A stretch of 63,386 nucleotides of DNA, counting the filler, from Klebsormidium nitens (lineage: Eukaryota > Plantae > Klebsormidiophyceae): the NCBI GenBank assembly GCA_000708835.1. It is 4 parts of 4 records of this genome, joined end to end, with 100 filler letters (N's around TTAATTAATTAA, not from the genome) between each part and the next. Parts side by side here need not be neighbours in the genome. Positions count along the whole stretch, not along the records: positions 1 to 23,538 come from DF237872.1; 3 more parts are not named here. One strand, written 5' to 3'. The position numbers and the translations under genes were made by a program. Shown here in pieces: positions 1-12,126 of the stretch; the stretch's first letter is position 1; every line of letters begins with the position of its first letter. The notes under the pieces were generated by a model, which saw only the letters and a program-made list of their open reading frames with translations, ran no database searches and had not been told where the DNA came from.

Positions 1-516
1 CGCCGGCGCCATAGCGGCTGGCCTGTATTGAAGAGAATCTGTCCGCCGGTTCTTGGCAGGTACAGTGCAATGGTACGTATGCATATAGGTAAATGGGACC
101 ATTTGGCATTGCATTGTCACCACGTTGTACGTCGTACCCGGTACATGCTACAGACTGGACACTGGGTAGTGGTATTGCATGACAGTTGGTACCGTACGTC
201 CTATTAGGTGCATCATGCGCCCCTGCGAGTTAAGTAAATGCGTGCAGGCCCCAGGGAATGTGCCACATTGACGTAGCGGGCGCTGCCGGCTTTGGCTTAC
301 GGCAACTCAACAGGCTCTGACGCGGATCAGTGCAGCTTCATGCCAGAAGCACCGGCAGCCATTCAGATAGTCGCGGGCGCATTCACCCTTCAAGGCAATA
401 TGCAATTTTCAACGGTCCGTCACCTGCCAAAGTGGGGGGCAAGGTCACCAGCCGATGCCTCGCTCCGGGCGCCTCCACGGAACCTTGAACGACTGTTTAC
501 GACTAACTACCTACTA

Positions 517-859
517 AGAGTAGTCGATGGATTGCGGACGAATGTAATTTCGGACAGGCAAGAAATTTATCGAATTTCGGATGGCCTTATCGAATTTCGG
601 ACTCAGGGAACGACCCAGTTTCACAGACTGCGGTTTGGGGCTTGGTCGCTGGAGCTCCGATCGATTTGGTCGGCGCCGGAATCCGGCATCCCGGCATGCC
701 GACGAAAGTCCGTCGAGGTTCCCGTCACTCGGAACCCGAATTCCGCAGACTGCGAAACTGGAACTCTACTGAGTCCGAAATTCGATAAGGCCATCCGAAA
801 TTCGATAAATACTTTGCCTGTCCGAAATTCGAGTTGTCCGAAATTACATCGACTACTCT
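517..859. mobile_element. Foldback/MITE-like element with ~115-bp imperfect inverted arms (517-633 vs 743-859)
   Basis: Left arm AGAGTAGTCGATG...ATGTAATTTCGGACAGGCAAG...TTATCGAATTTCGGATGGCCTTATCGAATTTCGGACTCAG is the reverse complement of right arm CTGAGTCCGAAATTCGATAAGGCCATCCGAAATTCGATAA...CATCGACTACTCT. No coding capacity; TSD not resolved. Confidence 0.75.
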
Positions 860-1144
860 AGAGACAGTTTAGACTGGGTCACGACTCACGGGTGCACACT
901 GCACACTGCACCACAGTACCGTATCTCGTGGCCGGGACTTCACGCAGGCGTCGGTGTCTTGTCGGACGAGACCCCTGAGATTTTAGAGCACACGTTCACA
1001 CTGAACTGGCATCCAGAATGTCGCCTCTCGATTCTGCACGAAGACAAAGAGTGTGTGAAAGTGCCGCCAGTCGCCCATAGCGTACGGCCGAGCTTCTGAT
1101 CGCATGCGCTGAGCACAAGCTTCGTCTTGAAAGGGCCTCTCATC

Positions 1145-4100
1145 ATGGTGAGGACGACGATTGCGACCCGGAGCGAGAACGTCCAGTCTCGGCAGGCATC
1201 ATGTCGTAGACGATGCGTCCGATTGGAGGCGGTGAGAAACGAATTGTGAATTTCGTTGCCGCAGGGGTGTCAGAAGACTGCCGCCATGTTTAGCCTTGTG
1301 ATTGGCACTGTGGTGTGGGCCACATTGCCCCAGCACCGGGCGGCCACGCTCGCTGCGGGCACCGCATGGACGCTGGTCAAGGGAGTGCGGAACCACATTC
1401 GGGCGCGCAAGGCGGAGGACGGGGCCAGCTCCGTGGTGGATGAAGTCAGCACCGGCGTGGCACTGGAATGGCAGGACGTGCGCATGACGCTGCTGGACAA
1501 GAAGGGGCGCGCCAAGAAGCACATTCTGCGTGGCGTCAATGGGAAGGCCTCCCCCGGGCGACTGCTGGCTATCATGGGGCCCTCCGGTGAGCGCAGCATC
1601 TCCGATTTGCTCATGCTGCGATTGTAGCTGCAGAATTGTTGCAGCAATTTACCTTTGAGAAGCATCTGATTAAAGAAACAATGGCAAATTGCACCACAAA
1701 AGTCAAGGACAACATTCAGCACCAAACTCGAAAATTCAGCACAAAAGTCAAACTTTCAAACGGTAGAGAAAGCAACTTGAGCACTGTAAGCTTGAATAGC
1801 TTCCTTTTGTTGCCCAGTGTTGTGCGCAGCCTTGTTGCTTCTATCCCCCTGGAAGGACAAACATATTCTTAATATTGCCTGCGGCCAAAGCACTTAGTAC
1901 CCAGCACCAGTGCGTCACATCACATGATATGGTGGATGGAGGCTTTGAGGACTTTCGACAATCAATCCTACAAACAAAGTGCTTACCCATCCCAGTTGCA
2001 ATTGTATGAGTAGCATCAGGACCAAGCGGTCCCAGGACATGAAGAAAGGGGCACTGGGGTTTTTGTCGCAAATTTCAGTTCAGGAAGAAGAGCGTACGGA
2101 AACCTGTGCACCTGCATCTTGAGCGACAGTGTCCGGTTCCTGTATGCAGGGAGCGGGAAGACGTCGCTCCTGAATGCGTTGGCGGGCCAGACCCAGAAGG
2201 CGAAGCGGGTAAAGCTGGTGGGGTGCCTGTTGGTGAACGGCAAGGAGAGCGCCTCCCTCAAGGAGCACAAGGTGGCCTATGTGCGCCAGGACGACATCTT
2301 CTACTCGCAGCTGACGGTGAGGGGCGGAGCATGCCGAGAATGACCTCCTGAGGGGGTGCGAACAAAGAAACGGCCATGGCAACATGCGCTGTGAAACCGC
2401 TGGGCAAAACCTTCTTGCCCTTTGGAGAGGGGATGCGCTCTTCTTGGCAATTCTTCTTTCGCCTAATTGGACAGAATCTTGAAGGACGTGAACTTGCTCG
2501 ATTGCTTAACGGAATTTTCCGTGTTCCCGCCTTTCCTTATATTCGAGTGAAAACTGCTTATGTTACAACTCCCATTTTGAAGCCCACTGCCCATATTGGT
2601 CCTGTCACTCCCTGTCTGCAAACATCCAGAACTGACTTGAACACCCCTCAAATCTGATATGGGCCGTCCCTTCACTCCTATTACGCGCCTTGCAGGTGCG
2701 TGAGACGCTGCGCATGGCGGCCCAGCTGCAGCTGCCGCAGTCGCAGCCGGACGAGGAGAAGGATGCATACGTAGAGGAGCTCATTCTGCACCTGGGCCTC
2801 GTTGCGTGCGCGGACACCATCGTGGGTGACGACCGTCGCGTGCGCGGCATCAGTGGCGGGGAGCGCAAGCGCCTCAGCATCGCGTGCGAGCTCATCTCTA
2901 GCCCTAGCATCATCTTTGCCGACGAGCCCACCACAGGTGAGCCCCCACGCCCGACCCAGCCCTAGAAAGCAAGGGGCCACATGCGAGCCACATGTGCGGA
3001 GGCCCCATTGCGGAGGCCCCATTGCAGGCGCATCCCCTATCAAAGGCTTACTTCTGATCCTGCCCTGGAAATTCTTGGTAGCTTGCGACTCTATTTGAAG
3101 ATCGAAGCCGTTTGTTACAATGTCCAAAACCATCAGCTTTCAGATCCATTCTTCCGTAACGTACTTGTAACAACTGAACACTCGCTTTTCTTCGTCGATT
3201 GCAGGGCTCGACTCGTTCCAAGCCGAGAAGGTGGTGCGCACGCTGCAAAAGCTGGCCCGCGATGGCCACACTGTGGTGCGTAACTGCCACTGGTCGTCCA
3301 CAAGATGCACGTTGTTACGTTCCTGACATCACAAAGACCCCTGAACGGAGTGTCCTAAACCATCCTCTCGAGTTTTCCCCTCCCCCCCTCGCCCCTTCGA
3401 ACAGCTAATATTGCCTCTGGCGCTGTTAGCTTGACCGAAATACCCCCGCAGCTGTCGAGGCAGGTCTGGCTGAGGCCGTATGCACGCAGGAGATGCCGAG
3501 CCGGTGAGGTCGCCCATTATCTGTGGTCTTTACGGTCGTGCTTACCTCCTGAAAAGCAGAATCTGCATTCCAGGTGTGCAGCATCCACCAGCCACGTGGC
3601 AGCATCTTCCAGATGTTTGACGACCTGGTCCTGCTCGCTGACGGCCAGCTCGTGTACCAGGGCGCCGCCGAGGGCGCGCTGCCCTTCTTTGAGGAGCAGG
3701 GGTGAGGCGGACGGAGGCTCTCTCTCCCATTCAGAGCTGCCGGCTTACTTCGCTGCGGAGGTGCTTCTCCCGCTCGTTTGAGACGGCTGCCATGACTGTG
3801 TACAGTCTTGTAACATTCTTCGTTGGTGGGTCCCTTGCACGAATTTCTCCCAAACTAACGCCAATCAGACTACCGAATCTTGCAACTGCAGACCTGTGTG
3901 ACCGAAGCGCCCTTGTACAGTGCTAACCGTTTGGTTATCACCCTTGTCGAACCTTTTGCAGGCACAAATGCCCCGAGCGCTACAACCCGGCCGAGTTCTA
4001 TGCGGACCTCATCGCATACGACTTCTCCACCCCTGACCTGGAGGCGGCCAGCCGGCAGCGCGTGACGCAGCTCCAGCAGGCCTTCGTTAATTGGCACACG

Positions 4101-6787
4101 AAACACAGCGACAGCACCGCAGGGGCGGCGGCAGAGGACGGCAAGGAGGGGACGGAGAAGCCGCTGATCAAGCGCGCGAAGCAGGCGGTGGGGAAGCAGG
4201 GCAGCGGGTGGCGGACGCAGTTCCGGCTGCTGCTCGAGAGGTCCTGGCGGCAGGTCAGCGCGGGCCAGTCCGGGCTGCGCAGACAGCGGTCGATGCCGGG
4301 CAGAACCACCTGGAGCGGCCAAGATGGACACCTTGCAAAAAATAATTGGGGCTAACGATAACTGAGCGGATGTGCAGTCAAAGGACAACTTTGCTCGGTC
4401 GCGCCCTCGGCCGTCACCCCTCGTCCTTCTTACGAGGCATGTTCACGTGACTGCTCACGGCTGGGCTACAGCCAGGTGTGTGACGGTCCCTGGCCCGCTC
4501 GTCCCTGGCCCGCTGCTTGTCTGACGCTGGCCGGCGGTGTGCAGGTGACGCGCGACAAGACGACCAACGTCGTGCGCGGCGCCATGAACGTCACGTCGGC
4601 GCTCATCTTCGGGTCCATCTTTTGGCGGCTCGGCTTGAAGCAGTCCACCATCCAGGACAGGATGGGCCTCCTCCAGGTGCGCACGCACTCAAAGCCGTTG
4701 GACGCCTACTCGCACATGGCGAAGCAGAGCCTTTACTAACGTTCGTTTTGGCTCTTGTCGGGTTTCGCGGAAGTTGTTCATGGAAGTTCTGGTTACTTCA
4801 GACCTTGTCCTCCTTGCTGCCCGGTTAAGCCCGAAACTGACACCTTGGGGGTGCTGTTGCAGGTTGCTGCCGTAAACACCGCCATGGCCTCCCTCACAAA
4901 GACAATCAGTGAGCGTCCGTGCCTATCTTTGGTTTCCCCTGTGTTTTGCTCCTACACACCGTGCTTGGTCTTTTAACCTCAAACGCAGTTGTCTGCTACA
5001 GCCATACCGTAGGGACCTTTCTTGATCAGAGCAATTTGCCAGCACTAGCTCAGCGAAGAAAGCTGCCAAACTGCTCGGCCGGGAAAGCGCTCACACGACC
5101 GACAGAACGAAGAGGCTACACACAGCAGGGAAGAAGGCCGTCGATTTTAATCAGCCTTGGCCCGCAGCAGCCCGGTTGTCCGGCCTGCCTTGACCGAGTG
5201 TCCTGCTCGTGCAGACGCGTTCCCGCGCGAGCGCGACATTGTAAACCGCGAGCGCGCCAAGGGGCAGTACGGCGTGTCGCCCTACTTCGTGAGCAAGCTG
5301 GTGGCGGAGCTGCCCATCGCGGCGCTGTTCCCGCTCGGCTTCGGCTGCCTCCTCTACCCCATGGCAGGCCTCCACGCCGGGGCCGCCAGGTCAGCCGCGC
5401 ACCCGCATCTCAGATGCAGCAACAGCTTGGGCAGACGCATCTGATTGATCGCAATTTCTACTGGACTGGTCGGCAAAGTTTACCCCCATGCTGCGTCATA
5501 GAAAGACTTCTCGGGCCGACCAGTCAGCCGGGGAGATGCTCATCATGATCGACGGACTCCGTCTGTTTAAGACCCTTCAAAGGTTATTCGGCGACGCAAT
5601 GGAAGCGACTCTAATCAAGGATACCTGTGAAGGCTGGCTAGCTGTTGTGTAACACGTCAAGGGCAGCACAGACCAGGCCGCAGCCTCTGAGGTTGCAAAC
5701 CTTTTGCTCAGGTTGCTTGGTTCCGTGTATACCACTCGTGCGCCTTTTATCGGATTTATTTGCGCATCCGTTTCCCACGAGCAGTCCTTCTCCGCGCCCA
5801 CCCTCCTTCCTCCCTCCTCCGCGCAGGTTCGCCCAGTTCCTGGGCCTGGTCACTCTGGAGTCGTTCACCAGCAGCGCGCTGGGCCTGGCGCTCGGCTCGT
5901 TGTCGCCCACCACGGAGGCCGCGCTCGCGCTCGGGCCGTCCGTCATGGTCCTCTTCATCGTCTTCGGTCAGCACGCGCCGCCTCAGCACCGAGCGTAGCC
6001 ACATTACTCAAATTTGATAAGCGCATCAGTGTGTTCGTGAAGGAGCAACGGTTTTGTACTACGATCTCGATGCCCAGATTGCGGTCGCTCGTTAAAGTGG
6101 TTGACCTTTCTGAAGATGTGTGTCAAGCTGATTTGCACCGCTTCCTTGGTGGGAAGCTGCGTGTTTGCCGTTGCCTGCTGCCTCAGCATTGTGCACGGCT
6201 GGTCCCTGTGCAGGCGGATACTACATCAACCCGGACAATGCGCCGCGTGCGTTCCGCTGGATCCCGCGCGTGTCGCTCATCAAGTGGGCCTTCGAGGGTC
6301 TGTCCGTGAATGAGTTCCGCGGCCTTACCTTCGACGCGGCCGAGCCGGGCGACCAGGCCACCGGCGAGGGCGTGCTCAAGCGGCTCGGCTTTGGGGACTC
6401 CAGCATCCATGGGTGAGCCAAGTGGAAGAAAGGACCGGTCACCACGGCGCAGCTTTACGACCAATCGGCAGCACTTGCCTCGACATTTTTCTAGAGCAGG
6501 GGTCGTGAGGTTTTGAAGAGACACGACAACCTCGGTGGTCGATGTGAGTTGCGTGATTGTATGGGAAGATTGAGGTAGTTTGCACCAATTGGGAGAGCAT
6601 GTCACATTGCGTGACCGCGTGTCTCGGACGGCGTGTCTGCAGGGCCGCGTACCAGCAGGCGCGCCTGCTTGGCTTCTTCTACCTGCTGACCTTCTCCATT
6701 CTGAAGGACAAGGAGCCCAAGTTCCTGACGATGGAGGCCCCGCCCCCCAGGCTGGAAGAGTTGGACGCGGACTCCGTTAGGGCATGA
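1145..6787 (+). CDS. ABCG: ABCG (White/WBC family) half-size ABC transporter, NBD-TMD order, ABCG7-like
   Basis: GT-AG exons read by eye: 1145-1147 (ATG only; alternative start 1286), 1265-1586, 2150-2316, 2696-2936, 3205-3275, 3574-3701, 3962-4253, 4545-4676, 4863-4908, 5215-5389, 5827-5966, 6214-6412, 6643-6787. Motifs: Walker A GPSGSGKT, Q-loop YVRQDD, signature ISGGERKR, Walker B IFADEPTTGLD, H-loop SIHQP, NPAEF, AFPRERDIV and a hydrophobic TMD. Confidence 0.95.
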
Positions 6788-9700
6788 CGGGACATCGTCA
6801 ATCAATAGAGCAGCCTGCGGCGGTGATTCTGCCTTTGAGCGTTGCGGCTGAGAGAGGAGGTTGGCAACCAGATTGACGGGAAAACGAGAGAAAGACATGT
6901 TGAAACGGGGAGCAGTGCAATAAATGAGATGACGTTTTCTTGCTCAAGACGAGTACTGTAAGGCATAGTCGGGATCCTCACAGGTTACACGACATTGTAT
7001 TCTAGAACGACATGCGAGTCGGGTACGTCATGGTCGAAGCTAGTGGGTGGATCTTTTTGTTACATCGTGTCAGCTCTCGGATCACAACGGTGTACTTTCT
7101 CAGTTGACCCCATGTGCCTTGGATGCCAGTGAGACAGCTCCCGCGCTAGCTGTGCAGTTGGAGAGAACGAGATTCGGGCGGCATGCTTCACATGTGCATC
7201 TTTTGTAAGACGGCACCGCGCTGCAATTGAACATGTTGGCTGGTTGGCGAATCCGGAGTCTGGCCCGCGGGCATGCCTCGACCTCACGCGATCATTTGGG
7301 GAAGCTTCGATTAAGTATAGTCGGACATATAGTCACTGATGTTTGAGCCGCAGCATGGCTCAGTGGCGATGCATGTTGCACGCGGCACGTACTGCAAGCG
7401 TGAATTATGAGCATGACAAACAGTTGTCGCGCGATCCAGCGCAGCCACTTGTCGACTTGCATGACGGCCGATATCATATGGCGCACCGTGGGCGTTGAAC
7501 GGATCGGATTGCATGCGCATGCATGGTAGTCAAAAGTTGGTTGCGTATACACACAGACCGTCAGATCGATGTGATCAGTCGTTCCTTTCCGGACCACGAT
7601 ATATGCATTTGCGGACCACCCAGACGCCTATCGTGGGTGGCCGCCCTAGCCCGGCCCGATGCCCGATGATGTTTATTCTGATGCACAATATCGTAAGCTT
7701 GGGGTGCGTATCAGCATCCAACCCATTCGCACATGAAGCCAAATGGATCAAATATAAGGTTTTAGACTTCAAAAGTCATTTTTAGCCTTCTTAATTTACA
7801 GGGCAGTTACTCAGGATTAATTCTATGCATGGTGGTTCTGTCAAAAAGTACGATCGGTGTTGTCAGATCATGGGTCCCATGATCTTATACCACCCTGGTT
7901 CAATTTTGCAATTCAATGACGACACCATACATGCAGCAAAGCTGGACCGTCCAATCATGGCGGCTTGCCAGTTGGTGGATTGTAACGGCACACAATAAAT
8001 CATTCTTGGAGGCAGCTTTCTTTGTGAGAAAGTAGTGATAGTCAGCAAGTCATACACCCGTCACACAAGGCGAAGCTTTGCATTGCCCACTGAACGGGCG
8101 GCAATATTACTTGTGCAGACGAATCGTACTCCATCAGGTTCACGAGATTTTGTGGTGGCCGACTGAATAAAATCAGCAAGATGCAGGTCTTGAAAGGGAA
8201 CCAATTTGGGATCTGTGTGCCAAGTGCAATCAGACATGCGTTAAAGTCTACGGCGTATCGGCTGCGGAATGACACAGTACCATAGTAGCCAAGCACATGG
8301 CAAGCAAGAGGAACTTGAAAAGATGGGGCTCGATCGATTCTCTCATGACTCGTCGGACGCTAGAAGTGACTGTGGTGTTCGGAGGCAGGAGGGTGTTCGT
8401 GAGACTACTGGATGCCACTGACGTGGTTGCACCGAACCGCAGACGTACTTGGACGAAAATTTAGACAATTGGGTAAGTAGAAGTGGACAGAGTTCATAGC
8501 TTGCTCATTCGCCGAACCACTTGCGTATACAGGTCGAGCTACATGCAGTGGACGCCGGGCTGCATCAACCTGCATCGGTGACCAATAGTCGACTACCAGG
8601 ACAGAAGCGGGACGAAGGGGCGACGAAAGCATCCGTGTCCTTGCCAGAAAGCTTCAGGACTCAAGTTAAATGGATGTATGGCTGAGAGAACGTACCGTAG
8701 GAAGTTTGTTACTTGTATGTACGAATCGTGCCACGTTGATTGGCAACATATGCTGGTTGCAGTACCGGCGACCATACTTAAGTATGTGCTATAGGTTTGT
8801 GATTTACTCGCAGATTGTATCAAGCGTCCGCTACTACCGGGGTCGCGCTTCATGTAGGACTGCCGTAGGCATTTCAAGTGCCGCCGGACTCGATAAATGC
8901 TCGCGCAGACGATCAGACGCGCTAAACGCAGCGGTAGATGGCTTGGATACTTTTCCATCGACGGCTGAAGCTTCGTTCCCCTCCCGCAGCGCATGTCGTC
9001 ACCAAGCTCCAGCGCTGGTCTCGCGCATCCACATACCGGTATGAGCATGCCCATGGCCCACCTGCTACTGCAAACGTAGTGTCAGAGAGTCAGGGGTGGA
9101 AGCGGATAAGCTGCAGCTCCGCATATTGAACACGGACGCTGGAAAGCGAGGCCGCTGTCGCCAACCTCTCGCGAATGTTCGCCTGAAGGGGCAAGCAGCC
9201 AAATGGCAAAGCGCTTTCAGTGCTGTTGACGCAAAATGCTCCGTGCAGCTGTTGGTGAATGTACAAGCTATGAGAGCCTGGAGGCGAGGACGAGCCTGTG
9301 TTGGATCTTCTGCATCCAGATATACGCGTGACTTGGTTGACGTTCACAGGCTTGCCAGCAGAAACGTGCGCTGAGATTTGCGGCTGCCCATTAGGTTCAC
9401 ATACGACTCGATTAAACATGTCGACTCTCGACTCAGTATAGGCTGGTGACAACAGCAGCTGCTAGCTGGTTATGAAGGTTAGACAGCAGTACCAGCATGC
9501 ACTGCAATGCAGCTGGGGAAAAGTGTCACTGAGACTCCGTGCTTGGATCGAACCATGCTCTTCGTCCCCTTGAGGACAATGCCAATGAGTCTGGCACTCA
9601 ATCTGGTAGAAACGGGGTCCTCGTTATTCATTCTGGAGGATAGGGGTGGACTTGACTCGAGTTTGAAACCTTCAGACAAACGCCACACTGATTGCAGCAG

Positions 9701-9871
9701 AGAGCTCCTAAGGATACTGTGAGCGAAGAAAGGGAGTCTGTGAGAGACAGCTCAGGGGATACAGACTAGTTCTGTCGGTTGCTTGCACCGGCTGCATCGC
9801 GCCAGCTGTGCTCGCAACTATAGGCAGGTAGCACGGTGCTTCTCTCAGCTGCAGAAAAAGGGAACCCCACA

Positions 9872-12126
9872 ATGGCAGGCATGCAGCGCGCAATGACGAC
9901 CTTGCTGCTGCTTTGCTTGGTGGGTGCTGCCTTGCTTGGATCCGCGCACGCTGTTCCCAAGCTTCTGGAGGTGAGTGCCTCCCCATGCAGGCGCCCAACC
10001 TAGTTGCATGGCATCCCTTATTGGCTGCTCCAATCAGCGCAACACTTTTCCTTGAGTTCCCTCTTTCCCACAGCTCTGTCTAAATTCTCCCCAATTTTTC
10101 TCTGCTGCTCCAGAGCTCCGCCCACAACCCAATGCAGCTGAACCTGGCTCGTCATCACTTCGCCGATCACATTGCGCCCATCAGCTCTGGCTCCCTAGCC
10201 CCATCTGACCTGATGTATGCTTCCTTTTGCAGTCTCAACACGTTGGCGAGGCTGATGCACTTGGATCATTAGAGCCAAGCCCAGACAACGACTACTGGGA
10301 GGTAGGTGCATCCTCAACGGCAAACGGGCTCCGTCAGTCTCTGGCCAATGCCATTCTCCTTAACTCCTACTTTTGCTACCATCCTTGTCTTTGCTGCTGG
10401 GTTGTCAGCACTTCCGAGGTCCTGTCCAGCTTTGATGTTACAGAATTGCATCAAGTCGGCCTGTGGCTCTGCCCCTCTAACCTGCTCACTTTGTCGTACA
10501 GCGCCTGTCTGCGGAGGACGTGGAGAACGTGCTGGCGGACGACGACAGCTTTGACGCGCAGCTCTTCACATCTATCTTGGATGCCATCCAGCACAACAAG
10601 CTGCGCAGCCAGGCCGCCTTGGAGGAAGCCGCGCGCCATGCTCTTGAGGGGGGGCTCGTTCGCCACGGCCGTAAGATCAACGGCCAGGTCATCCGATCCG
10701 TGCTCCCCTCCACCGACGCTGAGGCAGCGCTGCTGGCGCACTCCAATGGGGGAGCCCAGCAGTCCGATTTGGACGCAGGCGAGAGCGCGAGCTCTGGGGA
10801 GTCGGTGCAGGTGCAGATGCGACTAGTTGTGGGTCACCTGCACCTGGAGATGCCGTGGGTGCACTGCATGTGGCACCACGTGAAGCAGCTGCTGGGCGGC
10901 CTCTGGACGACCCACGGCGCCGAGCCTGTGGCGGGGCCCAGGAGGCACAGCCTGACCAAGAGGCACGCCGCGGTGGCCAGCCCGTCCGCCCCTCACGAAG
11001 TTCAAGAGGTGAGCCTGATCTCCCATTTTAAATCTTCGTTTATTCCAAGCGATGGTGGGTGCTTTTGTGGTGAGGGCTCGAACAACCTCCGCCTGGAAGC
11101 CGGTTAAAGGTTTGGTCAGAGCCTCCTGAATCTGGTCATCGGATCTGCTCCTCAAGACTTCATTGCTAAGGCTGTAAACTGCCCACTGCGGCGTCCTGCA
11201 TCCTTGTGTCTCATCCATGCATACATAAGCTGCCTTCTAGTTCCTTCATCAAGATGTAGATTTGTTGCCGGATCCCGACTATATTCAGGCACGTTCTGCT
11301 CGTTTTGTCCCCAGTGCCTCACCCTGGACTCTTCCTCGTTCCAGCAGCTCGACCTGTTGACGCGCTCTGGCTTTGCGGACGAGGGCGACGCCGTCCTGGA
11401 CCTGCTCCACCAGTTCGACAGCGGCGACGGGGAGTCGGAGGAGCTGCCCCTGCAGCACGGGCCCGAGCTCAACATGCAGCATCTCAACCGCAAGGTCAAG
11501 ATCTCCGTAATGCGCATCCCTAGCCGGGAAGGTGAGGACGCTACGCCAAAACCCTCGGCTCTTAGGGACAGTGAGAAGAAAGACGTGCGTGACCCTGAAC
11601 CGCGGGCTTAGGAACAGACTTCAGCCACTCTATACAAATGTTCGGATGTCCTGGAGACCAACGGGATCCCCCTGTTGAACAGTGACTCGTGAGCGCCCAC
11701 ATTGGGTTTCTACGTTGCACTTACTAGCCATCAATTCTCCTTTTTCAAAGGTTTCGAAAAGGTACCAGCGTTTGGCTTGTCAGATCAAGGATGGGGGTCA
11801 GTTCGTCGCCCATCCCTTCGTACTCACAGTGACTGACCACACTTCGTCTTGTCCTGGCTGCAGGCCTTGCTCCCCGGTGGGCCCCCCGCTGGTGGACGGC
11901 CGTGAGCGGGCGCTGCGGCGTGCTGCTGTCCGTGACTTTGGTGCTGGTGTTCGTGGTGTCGGGGGCGATCCTGATCCTGTCCGCGCTGCAAGCAGAGGAG
12001 AAAGAGCAGTGCAAAAGCTGCCGGCACCGAGCTGCGGAGTCGGCAGACTGCTCGGGAGAGAGCGATGAAGGGAGCGACTCAGAGGTAGAGATCAAGAGGG
12101 TGGTGACGTACACGTTGCACCAATGA
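9872..12126 (+). CDS. Hypothetical type-I membrane protein (~374 aa): signal peptide, unknown ectodomain, C-terminal TM helix, short acidic tail
   Basis: Exons 9872-9970, 10233-10301, 10502-11008, 11345(or 11348)-11531 and 11864-12126 have consistent phases and GT-AG sites. N-terminus MAGMQRAMTTLLLLCLVGAALLGSAHA is signal-like; VLLSVTLVLVFVVSGAILILSAL is TM-like. No family recognised. Confidence 0.75.

Noticed and set aside
292-861. 189-aa ORF, and the similar 201-aa ORF at 22838-23443
   Set aside because: They run through inverted or AT-rich repeat DNA with no motif, splice structure or coding-like composition.
7000-9800. Many short ORFs in the intergenic stretch (also 12150-14300 and 35000-39900)
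   Set aside because: No consistent splice structure or recognisable motifs; probably old repeat-derived DNA that cannot be classified by eye.
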